From NCBI GenBank assembly GCA_963422735.1, contig OY730476.1, positions 2,368,001-2,432,000 of the forward strand: a stretch of 64,000 bases of DNA. Direction: 5' to 3'. This document shows positions 9,216 to 18,685 of the stretch, piece after piece. The translations under genes were made by a program, and so were the position numbers. Within the stretch, counting starts at the first letter, position 1. The number at the start of each line of letters is the position of its first letter. The notes under the pieces were generated by a model. That model made no database searches. It was not told the origin of the DNA and was given only the letters and a program-made list of their open reading frames with translations. The stretch comes from Candidatus Latescibacterota bacterium. Its GTDB lineage: Bacteria; Latescibacterota; UBA2968; UBA8231.

Positions 9216-9246
9216 GGTTGACCGAATAAGTAAACCAAACTAGATT
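9216..9246 (+). promoter_or_regulatory. Sigma70-like promoter with overlapping inverted repeat
   Basis: TTGACC(9218)-N17-TAGATT(9241); GGTTGAC-N7-GTAAACC overlaps the -35. Confidence 0.55.
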
Positions 9247-9289
9247 GCGATTAAGCGATTACGCAAAGATCGCGGAAGAGAACGTCTGC

Positions 9290-10542
9290 ATGGTCCAGTT
9301 TGGGGATCACCTGCGGCAAACTCGCCTCGAAAGCGGATTGACCCAAGCCGATGTGGCGAACCGCCTTAGAGTCTCGAAAGGGTACATTTCGCGCATCGAG
9401 AGCGGCAAGGCGCGACCCGCCGAAGCGACAGTCCGACAGCTAGCCCAAATCTGCGAGACCGATCCTGATCCGCTTCTCATCTTGGCCGATTACCTGCCCT
9501 CCGACCTTCGAGAAATTCTATCGCAGCATCCGACCGAGGCGTCGGCGATGCTGCGCGGCACCTTTGGGCGTACCGCTCACTCGCAAAATGCGCCCCCCAC
9601 TGTTGCCGAGTCCCAAGCCCTCTACCAGCCTAGCGAAGCCTCATATCAGCTCGTCCAAGAGGATTGCTTCGCGTGGATGGAGCACCGCCCCTCCAACAGC
9701 GTCCACGCCATCGTCACCGACCCGCCCTACGGTCTGAAGGAGTACACCGACAAAGAAAAGGACAAACTCCGGCGCGGACGGGGCGGTGTCTGGCGCATCC
9801 CGCCAGCTTTGGACGGGGCCATCCGCCAGCCCCTACCCCGGTTTACCGTCCTCATCAACGGCGACAAACAGTAGCTTACCGCATTCTTTGGGCAATGGAG
9901 TGAGCGGGCATTGCGAGTGCTCGTGCCGGGGGACACATCTTCATTGCCGCCAACCCCTTGCTGTCGCACTTGGTCTATGCGGCCCTCGTCGAAAGTGGCT
10001 TTGAGAAGCGCGGCGAGATCATACGCTTGGTACAGACGTTGCGGGGCGGCGACCGCCCCAAAAATGCACACGACGAATTCGCAGACGTCACCGTCATGCC
10101 CCGCTCCGGCTGGGAGCCTTGGGGCCTATTTCGCAAGCCGTGCGAGGGCCGCGTACAGGACAACCTGCGCGTATGGAAGACGGGTGGACTGAGGCGGATC
10201 AGTGCCGAGCGCCCTTTCGGCGATGTCATCCGCAGTGCGCCCACCCGGCCGGCGGAACGCACCATCGCGCCGCATCCCTCTCTCAAACCGCAGAGCTTTA
10301 TGCGTCAGATCGTGCCTGCGGCTCTGCCGCTGGGAGAGGGGATCGTGCTCGACCCGTTCATGGATAGGGGTTCGACTGTCGCTGCCGCATCTGCAGTGGG
10401 TTATGAGAGTATTGGCATTGAAAGCGATCCCGCGTTTTTCGAGGTCGCGAAAGCCGCAATTCCGCAATTAGCCACGCTGGAGGTCAACGGAGAGAGCAAG
10501 CCGGCACCGAGCTCCGGGGAGCAGCCAAGCCTATTCGGCTGA
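9290..10542 (+). pseudogene. XRE-HTH fused beta-class N4/N6 DNA methyltransferase, disrupted
   Basis: HTH (LTQADVA...SKGYISRIESGK), TDPPY, HPSLKP. Premature TAG at 9872, one G missing in the run at 9928-9932, and motif I reads DPFMDRGST rather than DPFMGxGST. Confidence 0.8.
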
Positions 10543-10548
10543 AGACGC

Positions 10549-11160
10549 TTATGGCTCGGCTAGGATGGCGCGATGACGACCGACGCCGACGTCGGGCAAC
10601 CGGTAGAGGAAATTGTTCCTCAGCTTCTCGACACCTGTCTTGGTTATTGATGCCGTGGGCGTCCTGCGCGAATCACCCGTGCGGCTTGAGAATGACCAAT
10701 CCGCTTCGTCGAGCTTGGCGCAGAGGATTTCGAGAAATGTCAGCGGCGCAGAAGCCCCTTTTTCCTGCTCGCCAATCGCATAGCGAAATACCATTAGCCA
10801 GCAGTCTTCCGGATTGTGCCCCTGCCAGCCGCCGCTCTGAATGGACGACTTAATTTCGATACCCTCGTCGTCCTTCAACACTAGATTTGATGCGTAATGG
10901 CCTTGCGGCAGCAGGTCGGGATGTCCTCCCGCCTTCGCATTCGTCTCCAGTGATCCAGCAGCGCGGGCGATATTCTTTACGAGAAACTCGGAAATCATGC
11001 CGGACAGCGAATTGCCCAGCAGCAACTCCTCCAATGGACGAAAACCATTGCTTTCGAGGAAGTCGTTCAATCCGTGAAAAAGTCGGTACGTCTCCGCCAC
11101 CGCCTGTTCTATTTCTTCTACTTTGAGTCCGTAGCGACGCGACGATTCACGTAGCGGGGA
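10549..11160 (-). pseudogene. Putative type II restriction endonuclease (PD-(D/E)xK), 5' end probably disrupted
   Basis: HPDLL...GIEIKSS; convergent with the MTase. The frame is open only to a TAA at 11161 with no ATG, and overlaps the end of the upstream gene. Confidence 0.6.
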
Positions 11161-11993
11161 TTAAGCGTTTCCGCATCGTCATTCCCCGCCGTGCGATAGG
11201 GGGCAGGGTCAAAGCCCGGATACCGCGTCGCCATCCCCGCGATAAATTCTTCCGTCCACAACGGGTCGCCCGGCGGCGGGAAGCCTAGCAGTTCGCGCTG
11301 GCGCGGCGTGGCTTCAGCCATGAAGCGGTGCATAGCGGTGCCTTGAGCACCGCTTTTGTACGTGAAAGTGCGACCGCCATCCCAAGGGCGGTCCTTGCGG
11401 GTGAAGCCCACCCACATGACCGGACGGTGCCCGGCTGGCGCAGTGAAATCCGAGGCCGCGTGGCGGGTGAAGACGCTGTAGAGGCACACCGAGCCGCCGG
11501 GGACGATCATCGGCATGGCTTCTGCGTCGGGGCGGCCATTAGGCACCATGCGGATCGGGGCCATGCCTTTCTCGACATCGTCGAAGCAGTAGAAACAGAC
11601 CAAGTTCATAAAGTCGTCTGGCTCGATGATCGGCCCCAGTGTGTTGTTGCCGTAGTCGATGTGAAAATTGGTCCCGTATTCCTCGCCGGCGTATTTCATC
11701 CCTAGATGGCCCTCGCAGAGACGAATCTCGCGAGTGCCTAAAACGCGCTCGGCCGCGTCAATCAGATCGGGATGGACGGTGACGTGATTGAGACCGGAGT
11801 GGTCCCAAGGGAAGAGCCTGTGCTGAGGGGTGTCGTTGCGATGGCCGTTGGCTAGGTATTGGTCGTAGGGCGGGGCGAAGGAAATGAAAAAGCCATCGAG
11901 CGCGGCTTGCTGCTCGTCTTTAGTAAGGAAGTTCTCGACGATCAGGAAGCCCTGTTCTTTGTACGCAGCGAGTTGGTCGTCGGTGATGTGCAT
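11118..11993 (-). CDS. PhyH family Fe/2OG dioxygenase
   Basis: YKEQGFLIVENFL, FHIDY (HxD), GSVCLYSVFTRHAA. Confidence 0.8.
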   Translation of the reverse strand: MHITDDQLAAYKEQGFLIVENFLTKDEQQAALDGFFISFAPPYDQYLANGHRNDTPQHRLFPWDHSGLNHVTVHPDLIDAAERVLGTREIRLCEGHLGMKYAGEEYGTNFHIDYGNNTLGPIIEPDDFMNLVCFYCFDDVEKGMAPIRMVPNGRPDAEAMPMIVPGGSVCLYSVFTRHAASDFTAPAGHRPVMWVGFTRKDRPWDGGRTFTYKSGAQGTAMHRFMAEATPRQRELLGFPPPGDPLWTEEFIAGMATRYPGFDPAPYRTAGNDDAETLNPRYVNRRVATDSK

Positions 11994-12008
11994 TTAAGGG
12001 TGCCGCTA

Positions 12009-12920
12009 TTACTTGTTGGCGTAGATCGCCACAATGCGCTGCAACAGATCTAGAGCCTGTCCGCGCGATCTCTGGAAGGCGTTGCGACCGATGATGGAGC
12101 CAAAGCCGCCGCCATCGCGGATGCCGGTGATTTCCTCGATGATTTCCTCTTCGCCCCTGGCCGGGCCGCCAGAAAAGATCACCACGCGCCGCCCGTTGAA
12201 CGCCGATTGCACCACGTGGCTCACGCGCTCGGCCAAGGTGCTGGCCGGCACATCCGCATACGCCTTGCGGGCCTCGTCTTGCTCAATGTGGGCCGTAGGC
12301 GGTTTGACCTTGATGATATGGGCCCCTAGCTGAGCGGCGATTTGGGCGGCGTACGCGGTGACGTCGAGCCCGGTCTCCCCGTCCTTGCTCAAGCCTGTGC
12401 CGCGCGGATAGGACCAGACCACCACGAGCAAACCGTGCCGCTTGGCCTCTTCGGCCAAGGCTTGCAGCTTTTCGTACATCTCCTGCCGCAGGGCCGAACC
12501 CGGATAGACCGTGTAGCCGATGCCAACGCAACCCAAGCGCAGGGCGGCGGCGATGGAGCCGGTAAGCGACTGGGTGGGGTCTGCGTCGGAGTGGAGATTT
12601 TCTCGGTTGTTGAGCTTGAGGATCAGCGGTAGATCGCCCGCGTAGTCGCGCACGCCCGCTTCGAGGAATCCGAGCGGAGCGGCGTATGCACTGAGGCCGG
12701 CGGCGATGGCCAGTTCAAAGTGATAGCGCGGATCGTACGCGGGCGGGTTGGGGGCGAAGCTGCGCCCAGGGCCGTGCTCGACGCCCTGATCTACGGGTAG
12801 GATGACTAACTTGCCCGTGCCGCCGAGCGCGCCGTGGTTGAGCAGGCGCGCCAAGTTGGTCAAGGTGCCGGGGTTATCGCTGCCATACCAGCTTAGAATT
12901 TCGCGGATGCGCTCTTGCAT
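12009..12920 (-). CDS. fbaB: Class I fructose-bisphosphate aldolase (DhnA type)
   Basis: ILPVDQGVEHGP, WSYPRG, AHIIKVKPP, IFSGG, GSIIGRNAFQR. Confidence 0.9.
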   Translation of the reverse strand: MQERIREILSWYGSDNPGTLTNLARLLNHGALGGTGKLVILPVDQGVEHGPGRSFAPNPPAYDPRYHFELAIAAGLSAYAAPLGFLEAGVRDYAGDLPLILKLNNRENLHSDADPTQSLTGSIAAALRLGCVGIGYTVYPGSALRQEMYEKLQALAEEAKRHGLLVVVWSYPRGTGLSKDGETGLDVTAYAAQIAAQLGAHIIKVKPPTAHIEQDEARKAYADVPASTLAERVSHVVQSAFNGRRVVIFSGGPARGEEEIIEEITGIRDGGGFGSIIGRNAFQRSRGQALDLLQRIVAIYANK

Positions 12921-12960
12921 CTCGTACCTTTCTCGCATGTGAGGAATAGGAATTTTTTAT

Positions 12961-13004
12961 AAAAGAAAAGCTCCTCAACCGCGCAAAGCGCGCTAAAGGA
13001 GCTT
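12961..13004 (-). terminator. Intrinsic terminator after tRNA-Asp
   Basis: AAGCTCCT...AGGAGCTT stem followed by a T-rich tail on the minus strand. Confidence 0.6.
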
Positions 13005-13010
13005 GACAAA

Positions 13011-13087
13011 TGGCGGGGACGACGAGACTCGAACTCGCGACCTTCGGCGTGACAGGCCGACGTTCTAACCAGCTGAACTACGCCCCC
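13011..13087 (-). tRNA. tRNA-Asp(GTC)
   Basis: GGGGGCGTAGTTCAGCTGGTTAGAACGTCGGCCTGTCACGCCGAAGGTCGCGAGTTCGAGTCTCGTCGTCCCCGCCA; cloverleaf, encoded CCA. Confidence 0.97.
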
Positions 13088-13099
13088 ATTTGTTCGAAT

Positions 13100-13128
13100 A
13101 AGATAAAAGCCGGACTAAGTACTGTCAA
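13100..13128 (-). promoter_or_regulatory. Promoter of tRNA-Asp
   Basis: TTGACA-N17-TATCTT on the minus strand, overlapping the def 3' end. Confidence 0.65.
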
Positions 13129-13654
13129 TGGCCAAGGCGTTAGCCTGCGCGGTACTCTCTTTTTTTAACCGCCTGAGCGCGCTGTGCATGAGCTGGCGCT
13201 TGAGAGGACTGAGGTAGTCGATGAAGAGCTTGCCATCGAGGTGGTCGATTTCGTGTTGGAGGGCGCGGGCGTAAAAGCCTTCGCCCGCGGTTTTGAAGGG
13301 CTGACCATCGAGGCCAATGGCCTCTACTTCGACCCAAGCATAGCGCTTGACGTCACCGTACAGATCGGGAAAGCTCAGACAACCCTCCTCGCCGACTTGC
13401 TCGCCCTCCTCGCCTATGATCTTGGGGTTGATTAAGGCCATGGGCTGGCAGTTGGGCTGATGGGCGGTCACATCGACGACGCAGACCCGCTTGAGGACGC
13501 CAATCTGCGGGGCGGCAAGCCCGACTCCGGCCGCGGCGTGCATGGAGTCGAAGAGGTCGGCGACGAGTGCGCGGATGGCGTCATCCACCACTGCGACCGG
13601 ACCACACGTCTGGCGGAGACACTGCGCTCCGAACAGCGCGATTTCGCGTTTCAT
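13115..13654 (-). CDS. def: Peptide deformylase
   Basis: GVGLAAPQIG, EGCLS, QHEIDHL; ATG at 13654 overlaps the larE stop. Confidence 0.95.
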   Translation of the reverse strand: MKREIALFGAQCLRQTCGPVAVVDDAIRALVADLFDSMHAAAGVGLAAPQIGVLKRVCVVDVTAHQPNCQPMALINPKIIGEEGEQVGEEGCLSFPDLYGDVKRYAWVEVEAIGLDGQPFKTAGEGFYARALQHEIDHLDGKLFIDYLSPLKRQLMHSALRRLKKESTAQANALAIDST

Positions 13655-14700
13655 GCGTCTAAGGGATCCAATTCTAGGGCGATATAGCGCAGGCCTAAGT
13701 CTGCAAGTGCGGCCACTAAGGCCGAGCGCAGATGGGACGCAGCTAGGCGGGCGATGGCTTTTGCGGGCAAGCGCAGGACGAGCATCTGGTCGCGCTGCTC
13801 GTACGCGGCTGGCAGGAGCGAATGCGCTGCGAGCAGCGGATTGACCCGCGCAAAGAGCGGCTCGTCGGCACCGGAGTCGGCGATGGTGAGCAGAGCCTCG
13901 TTCATGCTGCCGGACCGGAAGCCGCACAGATCGGCAGTAGTTTGCAAATAGCCAATTTCCCGAAAGTGCTCCACCAAAGACCGGCGCGCATCCGGGTCGC
14001 CCAGCAGTCGCGTCAAGTCCTCTGCGGGCAACTCGATGCGCGACAGCGTCTCGTGGTGGCGGGCGCGAACCTGATCAAAGCCACAGACCTCGTGCAGATA
14101 GTGCTCGGCGCGGTCTATTTGGCGCAGGCCCTCGGCAGTGACCGGCGTGCCGTAAGGGAAGCGCGACGAGAGGCAGGCCATGGCCGGGCGGTCCCACACC
14201 GCCAGCCCCCAGCGCTTCGCTAGGGCGCGCACGTCGTCCTTGGTCAGGCCCGCTTCGGCTAAGGGCGCGTGTACCCCGCGCTCGCGGGCGGCCGCGGCCC
14301 CGGGACGGAAATCGCCGATGTCGTCGGCGTTTTGGCCGTAGAGGATGTAATCGATATTGAGGGTACTCGCTAGCTGCTCCATCTGGACGAAGAGCTCCTG
14401 CTTGCAGTAGTAGCAGCGGTTGGGCGCGTTTTTGGCGTAGTCGGGGTTGTCCAGCTCGCGGGTCTTGACCACCTCGTGGCGGATGCCGAACTCGCGGGTG
14501 ATCTCGGCGGCCTTCTCCAATTCGCCGGTGGCATAGCTCTCAGAGTCCGCGGTGATGCAGATGGCCCCCTCGCCCAAGACCCGCTGGGCTGCCACCGCCA
14601 GCGTGGCGCTATCGACCCCCCCCGAATAGCCGACCAGCACCTGCCCCATGGGGCGCAGAATTTCTTCGAGGTGCGCTAGTTTTTCGTCTAGGGAAAGCAC
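13651..14700 (-). CDS. larE: ATP-dependent sulfur transferase LarE family with C-terminal extension
   Basis: PP-loop YSGGVDS, NRCYYCK, DFRPG, ACLSSRFPYG, GFRSGSMN. Confidence 0.85.
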   Translation of the reverse strand: MLSLDEKLAHLEEILRPMGQVLVGYSGGVDSATLAVAAQRVLGEGAICITADSESYATGELEKAAEITREFGIRHEVVKTRELDNPDYAKNAPNRCYYCKQELFVQMEQLASTLNIDYILYGQNADDIGDFRPGAAAARERGVHAPLAEAGLTKDDVRALAKRWGLAVWDRPAMACLSSRFPYGTPVTAEGLRQIDRAEHYLHEVCGFDQVRARHHETLSRIELPAEDLTRLLGDPDARRSLVEHFREIGYLQTTADLCGFRSGSMNEALLTIADSGADEPLFARVNPLLAAHSLLPAAYEQRDQMLVLRLPAKAIARLAASHLRSALVAALADLGLRYIALELDPLDA

Positions 14701-14705
14701 GGCGA

Positions 14706-16154
14706 TCAGAAGGAAGATTTTTCCGCGGACGCGGCGCAGGGCATGATCGCAGCGTCAACCATGCCGTGCAGAATTTTCTTGTCGGCCGGGAAAACTAGCG
14801 CTTGGATGCCGCACAGGCGCGGCGCATCGCCGATGACATAGTAATAAGGACGCAGCATCACTCGGCCCCGCATGGGCACGATCTCGTCGCGGTAGAAGTC
14901 GTAGTAGCGCACGGTGCGACGGGCGGCCTTGTGGAACTCCTGCAAGATATAGGGCTGGTGCTCAAAGCGGTCGAGGGCCTCCTGTACGCGCTTGGACCAT
15001 TCGGCTTCGGGCAGGTCGTGGCCGATGGACACGCCCTTGCTCTCATACGCTATGTTGGAAAAGCCCGAGGGCTTGAGCACGAGCTCGCGCTGCTTCTTGG
15101 TTAGCTGTTTCAACTGCTGCCAGTCGCTGACGGGTTGGCCGCCAATGTCGAGGCCGGGAATGATGGCGTGGGGCGGCAGCGGCCGCGCATCGACAATCCA
15201 AGAGCGCGGGATCAGGCTGCCCAAGGCGGCAAAAGGCTCCTTGCCCAAGGCGCGATGCCAATAGGATTTGAGCGCGGGGTGGTGGTAGAATGCCAGCCAG
15301 AGCTTTTCTTCGAGATATGCCTTCGGCGGCGGGGTCAGGCACAGGGCGTTTTTCTTGGTGAAATAGGCAAAAAGCTCGGACTTGGGGATGTTTTTGAGGT
15401 CGAATAGTTCGAAGAAGCGGTAGGCCGCGTCGATGCGCCAAGGGGCCGGCTCGTCAGCGCCTTGGAGGAAGAGTCCCTTTTCGTCAAAGCGGGCCTCGCG
15501 CGGGTGGGCACTGCGGGCCGGTTTGCCGCTCGCCTGCAAGCGCTCGACCAGCCATTCCATTTCGCGGCGATAGGCCTCGGACTCGTCCGAGACGAAGAGG
15601 GCAAAATGCGGCTCGGCCACCTCGGCGGCCGCGGCAATGGCTTCGTAGAATGGGTCGATCAGGCCGCGGGCACCGCCGATAATGTCGTAGCCAAGGTCAG
15701 CATAGACCTCCGAGACTTGGGCGGTGAATCCCATGCCGCCGGGAATGGCGTCTAGCTCGACTAGCTTGAAGCCGTCCTCGGTGAGCAGGAGATCCGGGCG
15801 AATGACCAAGGGCAACTGGGACTTGATGCGATTCCAGAGGCCCATTTCGCGCACGGCACTCGGTTTGCCCAAATCCAAGTACTCGTGAATCCAAGGCGGC
15901 TCGACACCCTTGACGCTCTGGTGGTAAAGCTGGTTAGAGGCCCTGTAAAACTGATGTAGGACGCCGCCAAGCTGGTCTAGGTAGCGGTGTTGCGCCGGCG
16001 AGAGCCAGAAAGGCTCCGGGGCAATGCGCCAAGGCAGATTACTGTCCGGGTGTAGATGGGTGCGGTCGCCTTCAAAAAGACCGCCAGCGGGACAATGGGC
16101 GTTGATGTGGAGGCAGAGTGCTTTGAGGTCGGATGCGGTACTCGGGAGGGACAT
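14706..16154 (-). CDS. Circularly permuted ATP-grasp / glutathionylspermidine synthase-like amide ligase
   Basis: IRPDLLL...LVELDAIPGGMG (RxD...ExD), YRFFELFD, LVLKPSG, YILQEF. Confidence 0.6.
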   Translation of the reverse strand: MSLPSTASDLKALCLHINAHCPAGGLFEGDRTHLHPDSNLPWRIAPEPFWLSPAQHRYLDQLGGVLHQFYRASNQLYHQSVKGVEPPWIHEYLDLGKPSAVREMGLWNRIKSQLPLVIRPDLLLTEDGFKLVELDAIPGGMGFTAQVSEVYADLGYDIIGGARGLIDPFYEAIAAAAEVAEPHFALFVSDESEAYRREMEWLVERLQASGKPARSAHPREARFDEKGLFLQGADEPAPWRIDAAYRFFELFDLKNIPKSELFAYFTKKNALCLTPPPKAYLEEKLWLAFYHHPALKSYWHRALGKEPFAALGSLIPRSWIVDARPLPPHAIIPGLDIGGQPVSDWQQLKQLTKKQRELVLKPSGFSNIAYESKGVSIGHDLPEAEWSKRVQEALDRFEHQPYILQEFHKAARRTVRYYDFYRDEIVPMRGRVMLRPYYYVIGDAPRLCGIQALVFPADKKILHGMVDAAIMPCAASAEKSSF

Positions 16155-16281
16155 CGAATAGGCTCTCTAAAATATTATGCACACCAATTTAGGATAAATG
16201 ATATGCTAGGTCAACGCCGCTTGGCCTTTGGCAAGACCAAACCCGCACCGCATATTTGCTCAAGCGACGAAGGAGCGCGAT

Positions 16282-17112
16282 ATGGAGCTGATTGGCAGGC
16301 GTTGCCTAGTGACGGGCGGGGGACGCGGCATTGGCCGGGCCATTGCCTTGGCCTTGGCGCGGGAAGGGGCGCACGTGGCGATTTTGGCCCGCACCGGATC
16401 GGAACTGGACGAGACGGCCGCGCTTTTGGCAGATCAAGGCCAAGCGGCGTTGAAATTGCGGGCGGATGTGGGGCGGCGCGGGGAAGTAGATGCGGCCATT
16501 GAGCGCGTACTCGCAGCTTGGGGTGGGGTCGATGTACTGGTCAACAACGCGGGGATTCAGGGGCCCATAGGGCGGGCGGAAGAGGTCGATCCAGAGGCTT
16601 GGATACAGGTGGTGCAGGTCAACCTCGGCGGCTGTTTTTATTGCACCCGCAAGGTCTTGCCGGCCATGATCGCCCAGCACTACGGCAAGATCATCAACCT
16701 CTCGGGCGGCGGTGCAGTGGGGCCGAGGCCCTTCTTTAGCGCGTATAGCGCCTCCAAAGCCGGAGTCGTGCGCTTTAGCGAAAACTTGGCCGGAGAAGTG
16801 GCCGAGCACGGCATTGACGTCAACGCCATGGCCCCCGGAGCGGTCAACACGCGGATGCTCGATCAACGGCTAGCGGCCGGCGCGGCCGTGAGCGGAGAGG
16901 AACGGGAGCAGGATCAGCGCCTGCTGCGCGAGGGCGACGCTACGGGCGAGCGGCCGGCTGCGCTAGCCGTCTATCTGGCCTCGGCGCGCTCAGACGGGCT
17001 GACGGGGCGGCTGTTGTCAGCGGTTTGGGACCCGTGGGAAGCCCTTGATGTCGAGGCGATTATGGCCACGGAGACCTTTGCGGTGCGGCGCGTACCACCG
17101 CAGGAGGGCTGA
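16282..17112 (+). CDS. SDR family oxidoreductase
   Basis: TGGGRGIG, NNAG, YSASK. Confidence 0.9.
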   Translation: MELIGRRCLVTGGGRGIGRAIALALAREGAHVAILARTGSELDETAALLADQGQAALKLRADVGRRGEVDAAIERVLAAWGGVDVLVNNAGIQGPIGRAEEVDPEAWIQVVQVNLGGCFYCTRKVLPAMIAQHYGKIINLSGGGAVGPRPFFSAYSASKAGVVRFSENLAGEVAEHGIDVNAMAPGAVNTRMLDQRLAAGAAVSGEEREQDQRLLREGDATGERPAALAVYLASARSDGLTGRLLSAVWDPWEALDVEAIMATETFAVRRVPPQEG

Positions 17113-17113
17113 G

Positions 17114-18133
17114 TTGTACAAGGTAGGGATCGTCGGAGCGGGGCGCATGGGGCGGCGGCGAGCGGCCACGGCCCATGCCCATCCTGCGTCCGCAGTGGCC
17201 ATGATCTACGACGAGCGCGCGGCCGCTGCGGCCGACCTAGCTGCCGAATGCGGGGCCGCGGTGGCAGCTTCGCAGGAGGAACTAGTCGCGGCCGATCTCG
17301 ATATCGCGGTGGTCGCGACGACGCACGACGCATTGGCCCCCATCAGCACCGCCGCTCTCTTGGCCGGCAAACACGTCTTGTGCGAAAAGCCGCTGGGGCG
17401 CAACCCCTATGAAGCCCGACAGGCCGTCGCTGCGGCCGAGCGGAGCGGGCGTGTGCTCAAGGTCGGATACAACCACCGCTATCACCCCGCCATCCAAAAG
17501 CTGCACGAGGTTTGCACGGCGGGCGCAATCGGCCCGATGCTGAGCATCCGGGCGCGCTATGGCCACGGCGGGCGGCCCGGCTACGACTGCGAATGGCGAA
17601 CAAATCCCGAGAAGGCGGGCGGAGGCGAGCTGTTGGACCAAGGGGCACATCTAATCGACTTGGCCAAGTGGCTCTTGGGGGACTTTGCCGAAGTCACAGG
17701 CTATGCCGAAACCCACTTCTGGGACGTGCCGGTGGAGGACAACGCCTACGGACTCTTTCGCACCGCTGCCGGGCAGATCGCCTTGCTGCATGCGAGCTGG
17801 ACGCAGTGGGAAAACCTCTTCAGCTTCGAGGTTTTCGGACGCGATGGCTATGTCTGTGCCGAGGGCTTGGGGGGGGCCTACGGGCCGGAACGCGCCGTAG
17901 TAGGGCGGCGCAATCCCCAAGGCGGCGCGCCGGACAGCGAGCACTTTGACTATCCGGGCGAGGATCGCTCGTGGGAGCTGGAATGGGCCGATTTTTTGCG
18001 CGGTCTAGCCGGCGCGGGCACTCCTCATTCGCTCGGGCGGGAGGCTTTGGAGACCATCGAGTGGATTTACCGGCTCTACCGGGCAGCTACCGAGGGGCGC
18101 TCCGTGCGGCGGGAAGAATCTCTAACCATATAG
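17114..18133 (+). CDS. Gfo/Idh/MocA family oxidoreductase
   Basis: GIVGAGRMG, HVLCEKP, GGGELLDQGAH; TTG start after AGGAGG. Confidence 0.9.
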   Translation: MYKVGIVGAGRMGRRRAATAHAHPASAVAMIYDERAAAAADLAAECGAAVAASQEELVAADLDIAVVATTHDALAPISTAALLAGKHVLCEKPLGRNPYEARQAVAAAERSGRVLKVGYNHRYHPAIQKLHEVCTAGAIGPMLSIRARYGHGGRPGYDCEWRTNPEKAGGGELLDQGAHLIDLAKWLLGDFAEVTGYAETHFWDVPVEDNAYGLFRTAAGQIALLHASWTQWENLFSFEVFGRDGYVCAEGLGGAYGPERAVVGRRNPQGGAPDSEHFDYPGEDRSWELEWADFLRGLAGAGTPHSLGREALETIEWIYRLYRAATEGRSVRREESLTI

Positions 18134-18156
18134 AAAAAAAAGAGTTGCGAATAGTA

Positions 18157-18196
18157 TAGCCGCCGCGCTACTAGGTGCTGCGGTTATTTTTTTTTC
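18157..18196 (+). terminator. Probable intrinsic terminator
   Basis: TAGCCGC...GCGGTTA stem followed by a long T run. Confidence 0.5.
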
Positions 18197-18370
18197 GAGC
18201 ACGTTATTTTTCTGAAAATTTTGCGCGAAAATTTCTTACCATATAGATAGCTAGATGGCAAACACTACTTTTTTGTCATTAGAAAGGACGGGAACCCTTT
18301 AGACGAAGTAAAGCATCCTAAACCTTTTATTTACCGCATCTCAGAGACCCTTAACCCCGCAGGAAGTGCT

Positions 18371-18622
18371 ATGAGAACAGATCAGGATATCGCCCAAGTG
18401 GAACGCATTGCGATGGCTTATCGACGCCTTGCTAATGCTATGATTCTCAGTACTTTACGCGAAATATCCAAGATGGATGAGGTCGTGGAAACGCCCGATG
18501 GTACCCCGGAGATGGCCTTTGTCGAAAGCTCTAGGATCGATCCTTGGTGCGAGTTGGCCGGCCTCGAACCCGAAATTGTGCGCAAGGCCGCTAAACGGCT
18601 GATTGAGGAACGACCTTTTTAG
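18371..18622 (+). CDS. Hypothetical 83-aa protein (monocistronic)
   Basis: RBS AGGA, AT-rich upstream region, downstream terminator, protein-like composition. Confidence 0.7.
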   Translation: MRTDQDIAQVERIAMAYRRLANAMILSTLREISKMDEVVETPDGTPEMAFVESSRIDPWCELAGLEPEIVRKAAKRLIEERPF

Positions 18623-18643
18623 TACAGCACAGCACAAACCAAC

Positions 18644-18682
18644 AAAAAAAGCTCCGGGACGAACACTCTCGGAGCTTTTTTG
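18644..18682. terminator. Bidirectional intrinsic terminator
   Basis: AAAAAAAGCTCCGGGA...TCTCGGAGCTTTTTT between convergent genes. Confidence 0.8.
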
Positions 18683-18685
18683 CGT

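Noticed and set aside
9928-9932. G-run frameshift in the MTase as phase variation
   Set aside because: Only five G residues, and the gene has an independent stop codon and an altered SAM-binding motif.
12940-13090. tRNA-Asp (and tRNA-Phe) as integration sites of a prophage or island
   Set aside because: No integrase and no duplicated tRNA 3' end were seen; housekeeping genes flank both tRNAs.
18255-18330. GGCAAAC...GAAA...AAAGC...CCTAAACC resembling a c-di-GMP-I riboswitch
   Set aside because: The P1/P2 stems cannot be formed convincingly and spacing is off; an Rfam RF01051 search would be needed.
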